A stretch of 64,000 bases of DNA. Source: Felis catus (lineage: Eukaryota). Each line of letters begins with the position of its first letter. Within the stretch, counting starts at the first letter, position 1. A model generated the notes under the pieces. That model did no database searches, had not been told where the DNA came from, and saw only the letters and a program-made list of their open reading frames with translations. The DNA is taken from assembly GCF_018350175.1 (NCBI RefSeq), contig NC_058368.1, forward strand, positions 173,106,001 to 173,170,000, read 5' to 3'. Positions 1 through 13,610 of the stretch are shown here, one piece after another. A program made the translations under genes and the position numbers.

Positions 1-1745
1 CATTAGAAACATGTTTAACTTCATAAATATAGTTATAAACTCATGTAAAAACATAGAAATGTGCTTAAACTACAATATTCAATGAAAAGTAAAAGCAGGA
101 TACAAACAGTACATGCACTATGATTACAACCATATAAAAGCATATCTGTATGTGGCAAAGGCTGAAAATGAATACGGAAAATAACCTCTTAAGTATGGAA
201 TCTTTGGGACCTGGCATATATCAGGGAATTTTCCCATTTATAGAAAAGATCAATCCATATAAAGACAAATAACCTTATAAAGTTTTTGTTCTTAAGCTAT
301 TTTCTCTTGGCCTAATGTTTTAATCTTTTTGGTACCATGAATGGTACCAACACTGACTTTATTATTTTTTTGAAGTGATCTCTACACACAGCATGGGGCT
401 CGAACTCATGACCACAAGATCAAGAGTTGTATGTTCCACTGACTGAGCCAGACAGGCACCCCCCAACACCGACTTCAAACAAAAGCAATTAGTACTAGTA
501 TAACTTAATGATGAACAAACCATAAGCAAGGCCAATGACATGCTCCAGGTGGTAGATGCCTCACCAAAGACTTCATTTTATAAGGGGATTCCACTTGTGG
601 GCTATCTTAATGACAGTGATAATACTAATGATAGCAGCTGTCATTTACTAAGCATCTATTATGTCCTAGATTCCTTAAATACATTTCATCCTCACAACCT
701 ATAGATAGTATTATTAACATCTTACAGGTGAGGAAACTTAGGCACAAAGAAGTTAAGTCATATAGATAGTAAATAGCAGCATCAGGATTTAAACCTGCAT
801 GTCTGTGGCTTCAAAGTCCATATTCTGTTGTTTCATAGCATGAATAACCAGATTTGGGTGTGTTAAGAGGGTATAATTATGAGTAATTTGTCACCTTATC
901 TTCAAAGTCTTCTAAAACATTGTTGTCTTGTTTTCATGATACAGTATTATAAAAAAGAATAAGTATTATAAATAGTATAGTCAGTCTACTTCCTGGTCCA
1001 AGATAAAGAAGCAAAAATTACAAAAAAAAAAAAAAAAAAAAAAAGACATAAAAATCAAAGAACTTTCACTCTTGACTAACTGCAGTTAGTGGAGGTTAAA
1101 AATCCCAGAAAGTCAGGAGTTAATGAGATGAAAGCGAGGGTTGAGCAACAGTGGTGACAAGATAAAGGGGACTATTTTAGAAGTCAACGCACTGGAATGA
1201 ATTCATGGCAGCTGCAAACATGGCTTGCTGGGCAGTAGTGGCAGCACTCAAGTATTCAGCTTTGAAAAGCAAGTCCCTGTCTTGAGGAGAACAGGCAGCT
1301 TTGAGGATTAAAGAGAACAGGGCATAACCTGAGCACACGAAAAAGACAAGGATTTAGCTTTCAACTTGGAACACATGGTAATAATGGCAGGTGGATGCTG
1401 GGAGGGAAAAATCTAAGTGGGAGAGGTAAGAGATAGAATGCTCTCATGGTATGCATGGCCTGGAGGACTTTGACACTCTCAATTATAATTATTCATCAGG
1501 ACAAAAGCTCAGGGCTAAGACACTTCTACAAAGAAAAACTGATGTAACCAAAGAAAGGGAAGTTAGGTGAGCACAAGTCTGAGACTGCATTTCAATCTAG
1601 CTGGGCCTACTTTGGTATTTTTAAGGACTCTCAAAAGTTCGACCTCTCCAAGTCTGTGGCCCTAGGCATTGCATTCTGGACACTGGCATTGGTGCCCTGA
1701 GGATGGGAGGGGTACCGATACAGCACTACTCAGGAAAACCAGTAC

Positions 1746-1890
1746 CTTCCACCTTAGTGGATTGCTGCTTCAGCTTTAAGTTCTTTGCGTGGGTCTTCCC
1801 CAGGTAGTGCGACTGGGCCACGACAGGGGAGGAAAAGGTCATGTTACAGATGGGGCAGCACTGGTTCTTGTCTTTGCTTCTGCTGTTCTT
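1746..1890 (-). CDS. ZNF346: ZNF346 exon 4 (145 nt; [48 protein letters not shown]), zinc finger 2; the gene continues beyond the window start
   Basis: Acceptor CCAACCAG|AAG, donor G|GTACTG. Complete CPIC-x12-H-x5-H finger in frame with exon 3. Confidence 0.96.
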
Positions 1891-3645
1891 CTGGTTGGGA
1901 GAAAGAACACAGGTCTGATCACGCCACTGCCCAGCCAGAAAATCTTCCATGGTTCCCCATTGCCCACAGAAGAATGGGCATTCAAGGCCCCCTTCACACA
2001 CTAACCCCAACCTACCTTTCTGGATCCTTCTCCAGCTACTTCATTTTAGGCTCTACTCACCATTCCCCACTTTATTCCCTGTTACTTCCTTGCTTTGTTT
2101 AGGTCATTCTTGCTCCCTAGAATGATCTTCCTTTTTTCCTGCCTGGCATATATCTGCTTAGCCTTCAAGACTCATACATATATGTCACTTCTTCTGGGAG
2201 ACTTTTACTCAACTCAGTACACAATTATTGAGCTGCTTTGTGTGAGTATTCAGAAAATAATTAATCTTGTTCCTCCTCTGCATGCCTAGAGTACATTAAA
2301 CAGATCTCTATCATAGCACTTGTCACCCAAACTGACAGTGTCATAGCTTAGGAGACTTTTCTGTGAACCAAAGTGCAGTGTTTGGGTATGGACCATTGGA
2401 CTCATCTTTATTTCCTATCCTTAGCACCCTGCTGGAGTCTGACAAATAGTAGATACTCAGGATTTGTTGAACAAGCAGATATTATTTGTTGATTGTGATT
2501 ACACCAGAAAACAATGTATTTCAAGCCTATGTTAAGAGCTCCCAGCCTCTCTCTGAGGTCTGATCTCTGAATAAAGTATTTATTCTAAGAGGATTTTTTA
2601 ATCCTGGCACTATTGACATTTTGGAGTAAATAATTCTTTGTTGCAGAGGAAGAAGAAAGTCAGTCACTTCATTTGAACTACTGGGCCACCCTGAGAGTTG
2701 AAGTAATCAAGATACAAAGAGGTGAAGTGACTTGTCTAGGGTCCCAGAGTTGATCTTGTCTCTCTGAATTCTAAATCATAAGCAGAAGGGCAACTAGGGG
2801 ATGGGTCCAGTGAATTTGGAGAAGGGATGAGCAAGGCCCTTCCATGCCTGTGAACACTGTAATAGGAGGCTATCTGTAAATTTTCATTCATTGAGCATCC
2901 ATCAAGAATTGTAATTTTACCTTACAATACCCTTAAAAGGTAGGAATTATTATCTCCATTTTATGAATAAAGTACAGAGAGATTAAGTGATTTGCCCAAA
3001 GTCATCAAACCAATAAGTTGCAGAACTAGTATAGGGCCCTAGTCTGCTACTTCTCATCCCATGACATTTGAACAACCTCCCATAAAACAAAATTAATGGT
3101 ACCCTTGAGGGATTAGGATTGTTTCAGCATAATTCTCACAGTATTTCTAAGCCAAAAAGCAATGCAATTACACCTCAATCAGAACAGGCATTTGGAAAGT
3201 TGTTTCTTCCACCTGTTTATTCAAAACATTCAAGGGTTGAACTCAGCTCTTTCCCTCCCATTTCAAGAAAGCAAGCAGCCTGGCTTCCTTCCACTTTTTC
3301 TCCTTGAGTAGTAAATGAGAAGCTTTTGGTCCTGCTCCAATAAACCACTGGGTGGTAATGCATAACAATGGCTCCATATACTGAGCCGCTGTATGTTTGG
3401 TGCTTTTGATAAATTTTCCCTCATTTTAGGTTGGAAAAATCCTAAAATGTTAATATTAACATCCTCATTTTTATGGAGGAAGAAATCAAGGCTCAGAGAA
3501 GTAACAACACTTGTCCAAGTCACACAACATGGCTAGGATTTGAAGCCAATTCAGTCTGACTCAAAGCCCACATTCTTTCCACCACACCAACCTGCCTGCT
3601 GGCTTCATCAGGAAGCGAGTGGTCTCAACATGGCAGCTGGATTAC

Positions 3646-3738
3646 CTGATCTGAGTCTAGCTTCTTCGTTTCCCCCTTTAATGTCTCCATTCCATGGATT
3701 GCTAGGTATCTCTTCACTTTGTTGGCATGTTTTTTGCT
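3646..3738 (-). CDS. ZNF346: ZNF346 exon 3 (93 nt; [31 protein letters not shown])
   Basis: Acceptor TTGCAG|AGC, donor CAG|GTAAT, phase 0-0. Supplies the last His of finger 1. Confidence 0.96.
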
Positions 3739-4309
3739 CTGCAAGAACCCAGGAAAAAGATCAAAGATAGCCAAATGCCATTTCATATCTAACAAGGCAC
3801 TCAAAAACACTAGATTTTCATTTGATTCATCCTCACAAAAATTTTGAGGAGAGGGTGGGAGAAGAAACCTAGTTTATTGAGTTCCTACTCTGTTTAAAGC
3901 ACTTTAAATGCTATCAAATCTAATCTGCACAGCAATCTATGAGAAAATTATCATCATCTCTGTTGTACTGATAAGGAAACTAAGGCTGAAGATGGTGAGG
4001 TTTCTTGCCCAAGATGAGCAGCAGAGCTGTGATTCTAACTCGGTCTATTTAAAGCCAAAGTGCATACTTTCTACTACATTAAGCTGAGAAGGAAGACGTA
4101 AGTATAATGATCTTGATTTGGACGGGAGAAATGAGATGCAAAAAATTAAGTCAATCTTCAAGTCACAGTCAACATGCATGGAGGTGATGTCTGGGTGGCT
4201 AAGAAGGAAGTGACGGCTTGGCACCGAGTGTGGAAAGTAAAGTTTTTCTTTTTTTTTGGTGTGTGTGTGTGGCGGGGGGAGTAAAGTATTTAAAGGTACA
4301 GTGGCATAC

Positions 4310-4413
4310 CTGGTAGTGTGCCAGCTTCTGGGACTCAGAAATTAGCAAGGCGCAGCAAACCTTACACTGAGTATTGGTAAAGAGACACTGGTTCTTCTGG
4401 ATCATGTGCTCCA
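4310..4413 (-). CDS. ZNF346: ZNF346 exon 2 (104 nt; [35 protein letters not shown]), first part of zinc finger 1
   Basis: Polypyrimidine tract then TGTAG|TG acceptor. G from exon 1 plus TG gives Val. Donor CAG|GTATGC. Contains CxxC...H of a matrin/JAZ-type finger. Confidence 0.96.
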
Positions 4414-5990
4414 CTACAGAGAGGAAAATAAAAAAAATCTTTGAGTTAAAAACCTGCTTCAACAGTGCCATCTTTGAACCCTCTCAAACACAGGCACTGA
4501 GTAACGGAATGCCATACCATCATATCTCGGCAAAGCTTTGTCACTCCTCACCTATGTTTTCATGACGCATGCTATGTTCTCACATCACTTACCTAATTAC
4601 TTACTTTACAACTTCGTGTAAGGCAATTTTCTTTACTAAGTAATTTTTTTTGAAATATAATTGACATATAACATTGTATTAGTTTCAGGTATACAATATA
4701 ATGATTTGATATTTGTATATATTACAAAATGGTCACCATGATAGATCTAGTTAACACCTGTCACCATACATAGTTATAAATCTTTTTCTCGTGATGAGAA
4801 CTTTTCAGATTTACTCTCTTAGCAACTTTCAAATATACAATACAGCATTAACTATAATCACCATGCTATAAATTCTTTTAAAAAGGAATCTTTAAGGGCG
4901 CCCGGGTGGCTCAGTTGGTTAAGCGTATGACTCTTGATTATCGTTCGGGTCATGATCCCAGGGTTGTGGGATTAAGCCCTGTGTTAGGGCTCAGTGTGGA
5001 GCCTGCTTGGAATTCTCTTTCTCCTTCTCTCTGTGCCTCTCCCCTGTTTTTTTTTTCTTTCTTTTTTAAAAAAATGAATCTTTAGATCATAAACTTAACT
5101 AGATACCAATAAAAATGAAATAATTCTAGCCAGACACTGGTGACAGGCTTGGAGCTCTCCCTTAAAAGAATAAGAGAGCAGCAACTATGAAGAGAGGTGT
5201 TGAGACATGGCAGCACCTGAGACTTCTTCCCAGATAGAATCAGAAAGATTGAAAGACTTGAAAAGGGAATCATTCTTTCATTCTTTGTAAAAAAATTGTA
5301 ATGATAAATTCTTTTATCTTTTTATTATATGTGAACATTTTCTGTGAAATTAAAAATGAAGCCACCCCCAAATTTATTCCACTAGAAGATCAACAGCATT
5401 TGCTGATTTTACTATTTTATTGTATTTTATTTTTAAAATATTTTATGTAATCTCTACACCCCATGTGGGGCTCAAACTCACAACCCCAACATCAAGTGTT
5501 ACATACTTGATGCCTACTGAGCCAGCTAGGTGCCCCACATTTTCTGATTTTAAGAATTTACATTGGTATAACTGTACATACAGAATTGGTTAGAAAATTG
5601 CATTGGGGTTTAGTTATTAAAAGACTAGAACATTCTTTTTGTATGGAAATAATGTGTTTGTTTATTAGGGAAACATTAAAAATTGGTTTCTTTTGAATAA
5701 ATCAGAAGATTTGAAAAGTTTTGGAGGATTAGTATCAATTAGAAGATGCTGCTGGATAATCTTTTACCTTCAGGAAAAAAGGTAAATTAATCCTGTTATT
5801 ATATAGTAAACATAAACTATAATCTAATACCAGTTAAATGTGTATGGTACAAACCACGGTTAGGATCTTGGGTTCCCCAGGCATGTTGACTTGGGTTCAA
5901 ATCCTGCAGCTGTTACTTACTGTTACTGTGTGATTTTATAGAAATTGCTTAATCTCCTCCTGTGGTTTTCCTTTGTTTAAAATGGGGATA

Positions 5991-6691
5991 CAGAAGTCCT
6001 ACCTCATCTGCAGTTTCACTTCCTGTGATTTCAGTTACCCACAGTTAACCGCAGTCTGGAAGCAGATGATCTTCTTTCTTACACATCAATATAGTAGCCT
6101 AACGCTGTGTCACAATGCCTACGTCATTCACCTCACTTTATCTCACCATATAGGTATTTTATCATTTCACGTTACCACAGGGTAAGTACAGCACAGTAAG
6201 ATATTTTGAGAGAGAAACAGAGATACCACATTCACATGAATTTTATTACAGTATATATATTTTTATTTTTAATTTTTTTTAACGTTTATTTATTATTGAG
6301 AGAGAGACACACACAGAGCATGAGCAGGGGAAGGGCAGAAAGAGGGGGAGACACAGAATCCGAAGCAGGCTCCAAGCTCCGAGCGGTAAGCACAGAGCCC
6401 GACACGGGGCTCGAACTCACAAACTGTGAGATCATGACCTGAGCCGAAGTCGGTTGCTCAACCAACTGAGCCACCCAGGCGCCCCACAGTATATCGTTAT
6501 AATTGTTTTATTTTACTAAGTTATTGTTGTCAATCTCTTATTACTGTGCCTAATTTCTAAATTAAACTTTATCATAGGTATGTATGTATATAGGAAAAAA
6601 CACAGTGTATATAGGGTTTGGTACAATCTGTGGTTTTAGGAATTCAGTAGGGGTCTTGGAATATATCCCCCATGAATAAAGGAGACTACTG
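5991..6691. mobile_element. MER44/Tigger7-like MITE split by a SINE (6260-6485)
   Basis: Ends TA-CAGAAGTCCTACCTCATC and ATAAAGGAGACTACTG-TA. The SINE is flanked by an ACAGTATAT duplication. Confidence 0.75.
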
Positions 6692-7307
6692 TACTAGTAA
6701 CTTGTATCTCATTGAATGTATTCTCCTTGTGGTTTTTCCATACAAAGCAGTGCAATGTCTGGCTTAGTGCATGCTCACTGTCAGTGTTATATGTCAAATT
6801 CTTTTTTGGGTCCTGTGGTTCTAAGCAAATTAATTATTTTCTATGTTGTACCTGTGAAGGTTTTTTTTTTTTTAAAGATTTTATTTTAAGTAATCTTTAT
6901 GCCCAACATGGGGCTTGAAGCCCAAGATCAAGAGTTGCATGCTCCACCAACTAAGTCAGCTAGATGCTCCAGGATATTTCTTTTTTTAAAAATTTTTAAT
7001 GTTTATTTATTTTTGAGAGAGAGAGAGAGGAAGAGACAGAATCCGAAGCAGGCTCCAGGCTCTGAACTGTCAGCACAGAGCCTGATGCATGGCTCGAACT
7101 CACAAGCTGTGAGATCATGACCTGAGCTGAAGTTGGACACTTAACCGAATGAGCCAGCCAGGAGCCCCTCCAGGGTATTTCTTATTCTATAACTTGATAT
7201 GTGTTAAATTTTTTCTCACTGTTCTTGATCTCACTTTGAAACACCTAAAATCAGCTAACATATTACACAAGTTCTACACTGTAGGTACCTATGATATTAA
7301 CCTGTTC

Positions 7308-7566
7308 TTTTTTTTTAAGTTTATTTTGAGAGAGAGAGAGAGAGAGAAGAGGGAGAGAGGGAAAGGAAAGGGTGGGAGGGGCAGGGAGGGAGGGAGAGAG
7401 AGGGAGAGAGAGGGAGAGAGAGGGAGAGAGAGGGAGAGAGAGGGAGAGAACGTGAGTGGTGGAGGGGGGGAAGGGGGGGAGAGAGAGAGAAAGAAACCAC
7501 GAGATCATGACCCTAGCCAAAACCAACAGTCGGATGCTCAACTGACTGAACCACCCAGGCGCCCCC
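7308..7566 (-). mobile_element. Can-SINE with an expanded purine (GA/GGGA) tract
   Basis: Head at 7500-7566 and ~165 bp of almost pure A/G at 7327-7495. Confidence 0.85.
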
Positions 7567-8178
7567 ATATTAGCTTGTTTTTAATCACTGGGCCCAGAGA
7601 ACTAAGCCTTACCTTTGGGGAGAAGTAAAATTTCACCCAAGGCATGAGTTCTATAATGACACCAATAATCTGAGGCAGGGCAGAGTTCAGAAAACCATGA
7701 GGGGACAGCAAACCCATGTTTTATATTTTTCACTCTGGAGCAAAACATGGCCAAAATGCCTTGGAGGGAGATTCTTGGTAGGAAACTTTTAAGGTGACTT
7801 TCCCTACTCTACAAGATCTAAAGTTCATCTATGCCAGCCCTTTTGGGCAGAAAGGCTATTGTCTGGCTGTATTTCTGCCCCTTAGAATCTGTTTATTTCC
7901 ACATTTTTCTCCTATGGTGATTGGTAAATTTTTGTGAAAGACCTTGCCAGGCTCATCTGGGTTCAGAGAAACCAAGGAAAGTGGACCTGTCAACATATCT
8001 GGGCCAGAGTTAATTAATTAATTTTTAAGTAGGCCCCACACTGGGTGTGGAGCCAAATTTGAGGCTTGAACTAACAACCCTGAGATCAAGACCTAACCTG
8101 GTATCAAGACTCGGATGTTCTGTCCCAGAACTTTTATTTTAAAGGGAGAATGAGAGGCTACTCAGAATGCAAAGCTCA

Positions 8179-8600
8179 GGGCACCTGGGTGGCTCAATTG
8201 GTTTAGTGTACAACTCTTGATTTTGGCTCAAGTCATGATATCACAGTTCCTGAGATTGAGCCCTATGTTGGGCTCTGTGCTGACAGCACAGAGTCTGCTT
8301 GGGATTTTCTCTCTCTCTCTCTCTCTCTCTCTCAAAATAAATAAACTTAAAAAAAAAAAAGGGGGTGCCTGGGTGGCTCAGTCGGTTAAGCGGCCGACTT
8401 CGGCTCAGGTCATGATCTCGTGGTCAGTGACTTCGAGCCCCGCGTCGGGCTCTGTGCTGACAGCTCAGAGCCTGGAGCCTGTTTCAGATTCTGTGTCTCC
8501 CTCTCTCTGACCCTCCCCCGTTCATGCTCTGTCTCTCTCTGTCTCAAAAAATAAATAAACATTAAAAAAAAAAAATTAAAAAAAAAAAAAAAAAAAGGAT
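8179..8600 (+). mobile_element. Two tandem Can-SINEs
   Basis: Heads at ~8179 and ~8361, each with (CT)n and an A tail. Confidence 0.93.
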
Positions 8601-9029
8601 TGCAAAGCCCACAAGGGGGAGATGGTACCCAGGAGTAAGAGTCCAGCCATCCTCTCCAGACCTGGAGATGCTGGATTTCTTTCTTTCTTTCTTTTTTTTT
8701 TTTTTTTTTTAATTAAAGGAGATGAAATTCTTTTACTGTTTTAAGTTTCTTTATTTCTTTTTTTAAAATAATTTGTTAATGTTTATTTATTTTCGAGGGA
8801 GAAAGAGAGAGGGAGCGGCAGAGAGAGAGGGGACAGAGGATCTGAAGCAGGCTTCGCACCGACAGAAGAGAGCCCGATGCGGGGCTCGAACCTACAAACT
8901 GCAAGATCATGACCTGATCTGACGCTTAACTGACTGAGCCACCCAGGTGCCCCAATGAAATTCTTTTTCAAAGATATTCAGAATCTGACTTCCAAAGACT
9001 AAACAGGGCAGAGACCATGTTGTTTATGA

Positions 9030-10065
9030 CTTTGTATCCCCAGTATCTAGTATGATACCTGACCCATAGCAGGAGCTTGGTAAATAACTACTAAATGAAT
9101 AAAGAGGCACCTCTCTGGCCTCAGAGTATATCCACACAGTCCACAAATATATATTCAGAATACATCCTATGTGCCAGCCCTGGGGCCATATCAACAAAAC
9201 ACAGTACAAAGTAAATAAAAAGCAAAATAGTGACAGAGAGGGAGAAATGCTATGAAAACAAAATCAGTGCTAGAGAATGATGGGGGCAACACAGTCAATG
9301 AAGACCATCTTAGGAGACATCAGCCACAAGGAGGTCTGGGGGAAATAGTGTTGCAGCCTGAGACAGTGCCAAATCTCTGAGGCAGGGATGAGTTTGGCAT
9401 ATTCAAAGAAGGGAAAGGAGGTCAATGTGGCATGAGTATGGTGAATGAGACAAAAGTGGTAGGAAATAAAGCTGGAGAGGCAGTGTGAGGCCTACAAGAT
9501 CATTTTGGATGAACACAAGGCCTCAGAAGCCATGATTTGAACTATGGATTTTGTTTTTAGTGCAAGAAGAGGCAATAAGATCTGGCTTATGTTTTGGAAA
9601 GAACACTCTGATCATTGTGTCAGTAGACTGTATGGAGATGGCAATGGAGGTTGGCAATGGAGACAGAGAAAAGTGCATGGATTTGGAATTACGTTCTAGA
9701 AGTAGATCTGATACACAATTTCTTTGATTTGATGTGAGAGAATGAAGGAAGGAGTCAAGGGTAACTCAAGTTTTGAACTTGAGCAACTAAACTAAGATGA
9801 GATGAAAACTGGAGGAAGACAGCCTTGGAGGAGAATTTAAGACTTTTCTTTGGCTATGTTAAACATGAGTGGTCTATCAGATATATGTGTAGAGATATCA
9901 AGTAGTCAGTTGAAGATTCAAGTCTGGAGCTCAAGGGAGAGGTCAGAACTGGAGATATAAGTTGAGAATCATCAATATATCAATCATAAATAAGGCTATG
10001 GGCTAGAAAAGAATGCCTAGTGTAGATGGAAAAGGAAGGAGGCCCTGGGATAGAGTCTTAGAGCC
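9030..10065. mobile_element. L2 remnants
   Basis: AGTCTGGAGCTCAAGGGAGAGGTCAGAACTGGAGATATAAG-type L2 motifs. Confidence 0.6.
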
Positions 10066-10756
10066 CTTCAAACCCTGAGAGAGAACTGTCCAGCTAAGCC
10101 TTTCCTAAATTCCTGACCCATAAAAACCATGAGAGGTTCACAAGGTTGGAGGAAGCTAAGGTCCATGTTGGGAAAAAGAATTTCATAAATTATCAGAATT
10201 CTGAGAAGGTGGCCTGAATGTGCATCTCGGTTGCCCTGATATCCATACATAACACTACTACCTCTCCAAAATTGGTCAGATTTGATATAAGAAATCTGAT
10301 GCTTAGAAAAATCATTGGAGGGGTGCCTGGGTAGCTCAGTTGGTTAAGTGTCCAACTTCAGGTCATGATCTCACAGTTGGTAGTTCAAGCTTTGCATTGG
10401 GCTCTATGCTGACAGCATGGAGTCTACTTGGGATTCTCTCTCTCCTCCTCTTTCTCTGTCCCTCCCCCACTCATGATTTCTCTCTCTCTCTCTCTCTCAA
10501 AATAAGTAAACTTAAAAAACAACAACAACAACAACATTGGACAGGCTGAAGGTACTAGGTTGGGCCTCCACAAATGTCTCTAGGAACAATATATGACTGT
10601 TTCAACAGAAGATCTATAGTGTCTGAGGCTTCCATCACAGCCTTGCTGGAAGTAAGAAGCTTCCATTGTCAATGACCCTACATCTCAGCCCATAAAGCTG
10701 GATAAAGGATGCTGATGCTGAAACACTGATGTAGGATGATCTCATAATGCAATGAT

Positions 10757-10783
10757 CTTTCTTTTCTTTTTTCTTTTCTTTTT

Positions 10784-10858
<75 letters not shown>

Positions 10859-10866
10859 CTTTCTTT
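10757..10866 (+). repeat. (TTTC)n microsatellite forming a SINE tail
   Basis: Seen directly. Confidence 0.95.
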
Positions 10867-11625
10867 TCTCCCCCCTATTTTAGAGAGAGGGAGAGAGAGC
10901 ATGAGTGGGGGAGAGGATCAGAGGGAGGGAGGGGAAGAGGGAGGGAGGGAGGGAGGGAGGGAGAGAGAGAATATCTTAACAGACTCCATACTCAGCACAA
11001 AGCCTGACATGGGGCTTGATCCCATGATGCTGGGAACATGACCTGAGCCAAAGGGTCAGCCGCCCAACCGACTGAGTCACCCAGGCACCCCTCCATGACC
11101 TTTATTGACCATAACAATAGCCAACAGCCATACGAATATGGTCTTCACTGCATTTGTGTCTTCCCTATATTATAAGACATGATTCGCAGGATTTAATTTG
11201 TATCCATATTGTAGCCAACTATCTAGATGTATGGGGAAGAGACTAAGAGATCTGGCATAGGGCTGATTTTCACAGGGTCAATGAAGTATGGACAGAGAGA
11301 CAGCTGGTGTAGAGAAGCAAGATAATTCATAAATTTAAGGAATTTAGGGAAAGTAGTATTTGGGGGAGAAAATGATCGTGACACCTCAATTCAAGTTACA
11401 ATTGTCTTTGGGTGACTTAATGTGCCTTAAGTTGCCTTAGGATACTAGGGCCAGAATAGCTGGCGTGACTAAACCATCTCCAATATTCCAATTAATGGTG
11501 AACACCGCTAATCTATAATGACTTACTATTCCTTTTTTTTTTTTTTAAGTTTACTTATGTACTTTGACAGAGAGCAAGCTAGAGAGGGGTAGAAAGAGGG
11601 AGGGAGGGAGGGAGGGAGGGAGGGG

Positions 11626-11673
<48 letters not shown>

Positions 11674-13139
11674 CCCAAGCAGGTTCCACACTTCCAGCAA
11701 GGAGCTCAATGTGGGGCTCAAACCCACAAACCGTGAGATCGTGACCTGAGTTGAAACACAGAGTCGGACACTTAACCAAATGAGCCACCCAGGCGCCCCA
11801 TGACTTGCTATTCCTTGGGCCTTAGAATCTCAACTCAGCTCCACAGAAATTCATCAGTTGTCTGAAGTTGGTTCTCAGGGATAGATATAACCTATTTAGA
11901 ACCCTGCTTCTTATTGCTTATTAGGAGGTAGTGGATTTCTAGGTACAGCTATAGTTAGAAAGCAGTAAACAACAAAAGATCCTAGTAAAAGCAAGCTGGA
12001 CATAATCTACCAGTGGGTCAGACTGTTTAGGCAGTGTAGTCTAACAGGCAGGGTGGTCTACAAGCATGAATTGGACATTAGCCCCATTAAGGTTATTTAG
12101 CTTCAGCACTTCTATCTATTTTGTGAATCCATACTGTTGATGGTGTGTAAAAACTCAAATTTTATTATCAAAAAAGGCATGAAGAAAACAAATGTAATGG
12201 CATTGATGATGTGGTGTTAAAAAGTTTTCTACTTAAAATACGTATAACACAGAGTTGAGCTGAAAGCACAATAAATGAAATGAAAAAAACACTAGAAAAA
12301 ATCAGTATCAGTTTCTAAGTAGCAGAAGAATCAGTGAAGTTGCAGATAGAGCAACAGAAATACTCAAACTGAAGAAAAGAGAAAAAGAAAATTGATAATG
12401 AACAGAGCCACAGATACATGTGGGATACATCAAGCATACCAAACAAATACATACCAAACATATATATGGGGAGTCTCAGAAGAAGAGAAAGGAATAGGAA
12501 AAAACCCCACATGTTTGAAGAAACAATGTCTGAAAACTTCCCATATTTGATCAAAGAAAAACATCAATCCATACAGCTAAAAGCCTCAAGGTACTCAAAA
12601 CATGATAAATACCAAGAGATCTACACCTAGATACATCATAGTCAAGCTACTGGAAGATAGAAACTCTTTAAAGCAGCAAGAGAAAGATGACTCATCCTGT
12701 ACAGTGGAATAATTTGATTAATGACTTACTTCTTATCTGTAACAATGAAAGCCAGAGAGCAGTGGAATAACATATTCAAAGTAGTGAGAAAGATCAACAC
12801 TGTCAACTAATAATTCCATGTCCAGTAAAACTATCCTTCAAACAGTATGCTAAGTGACAGAAGCCAGTCACAAAAGGCCACATATTATACAATTCAATTT
12901 ACATGAAACATCCAGAATAAGCAAATCTATAGAAAAAGAAAGGAGATAAACAATTGTCAGAGGTGACTGCTAATGGGTGTAGGGTTTCTTTCCAGGGTAA
13001 TGAAAATGTTCTAAAATTAGATAGTGGTGATGGTTGTACAATTCTGTGAATATACTAAAAACCACTAAATTATATATTTTACAAAGGTGCATTTTATGGT
13101 ATATGAATTATGTATCAATAAAGATGTTATTTAAAAAAA

Positions 13140-13352
13140 TTTTTTTTTTCAACGTTTATTTATTTTTGGGACAGAGAGAGACAGAGCATGAACGGGGGAG
13201 GGGCAGAGAGAGAGGGAGACGCAGAATTGGAAACAGGCTCCAGGCTCTGAGCCATCAGCCCAGAGCCTGACGCGGGGCTCGAACTCGCGGACTGCGAGAT
13301 CGTGACCTGGTTGAAGTCGGACGCTTAACCAACTGCGCCACCCAGGCGCCCC
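13140..13352 (-). mobile_element. Young SINEC_Fc-type Can-SINE
   Basis: tRNA-derived head, (CT)n, AATAAA tail, CpGs mostly intact, TAAAGATGTTATTT duplication. Confidence 0.95.
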
Positions 13353-13383
13353 TAAAGATGTTATTTTAAAAAATATATACTTT

Positions 13384-13610
13384 GGGGCGCCTGGGTGGCT
13401 CAGTTGGCTGAGCGTCTGACTTTGGCTCAGGTCATGATCTCGCGGTTCGTGAGTTTGAGTCTGGCGTCGGGGTCTGTGCTGACAGCTCAGAGCCTGGAGC
13501 CTGCTTCAGATTCTGTGTCTCCCTCTCTCTCTGCCCCTCCCCTGCTCACACTCTGTCTCCCCCCCTCTCTCAAAAATAAATAAACATTAAAAAAAAAAAA
13601 ATATATATAT
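13384..13610 (+). mobile_element. Can-SINE, inverted partner of 13140-13352
   Basis: GGGGCGCCTGGGTGGCTCAG head and ATATATACTTT duplication. Confidence 0.95.

Noticed and set aside
1891..2010. In-frame 40-codon upstream extension of exon 4
   Set aside because: It runs through the canonical acceptor and pyrimidine tract. I see no convincing upstream acceptor, so it is treated as intron.
8361..8440. tRNA genes (A/B-box-like sequence in SINE heads, here and elsewhere)
   Set aside because: These are the tRNA-derived heads of Can-SINEs, followed by (CT)n and A tails, with no full cloverleaf.
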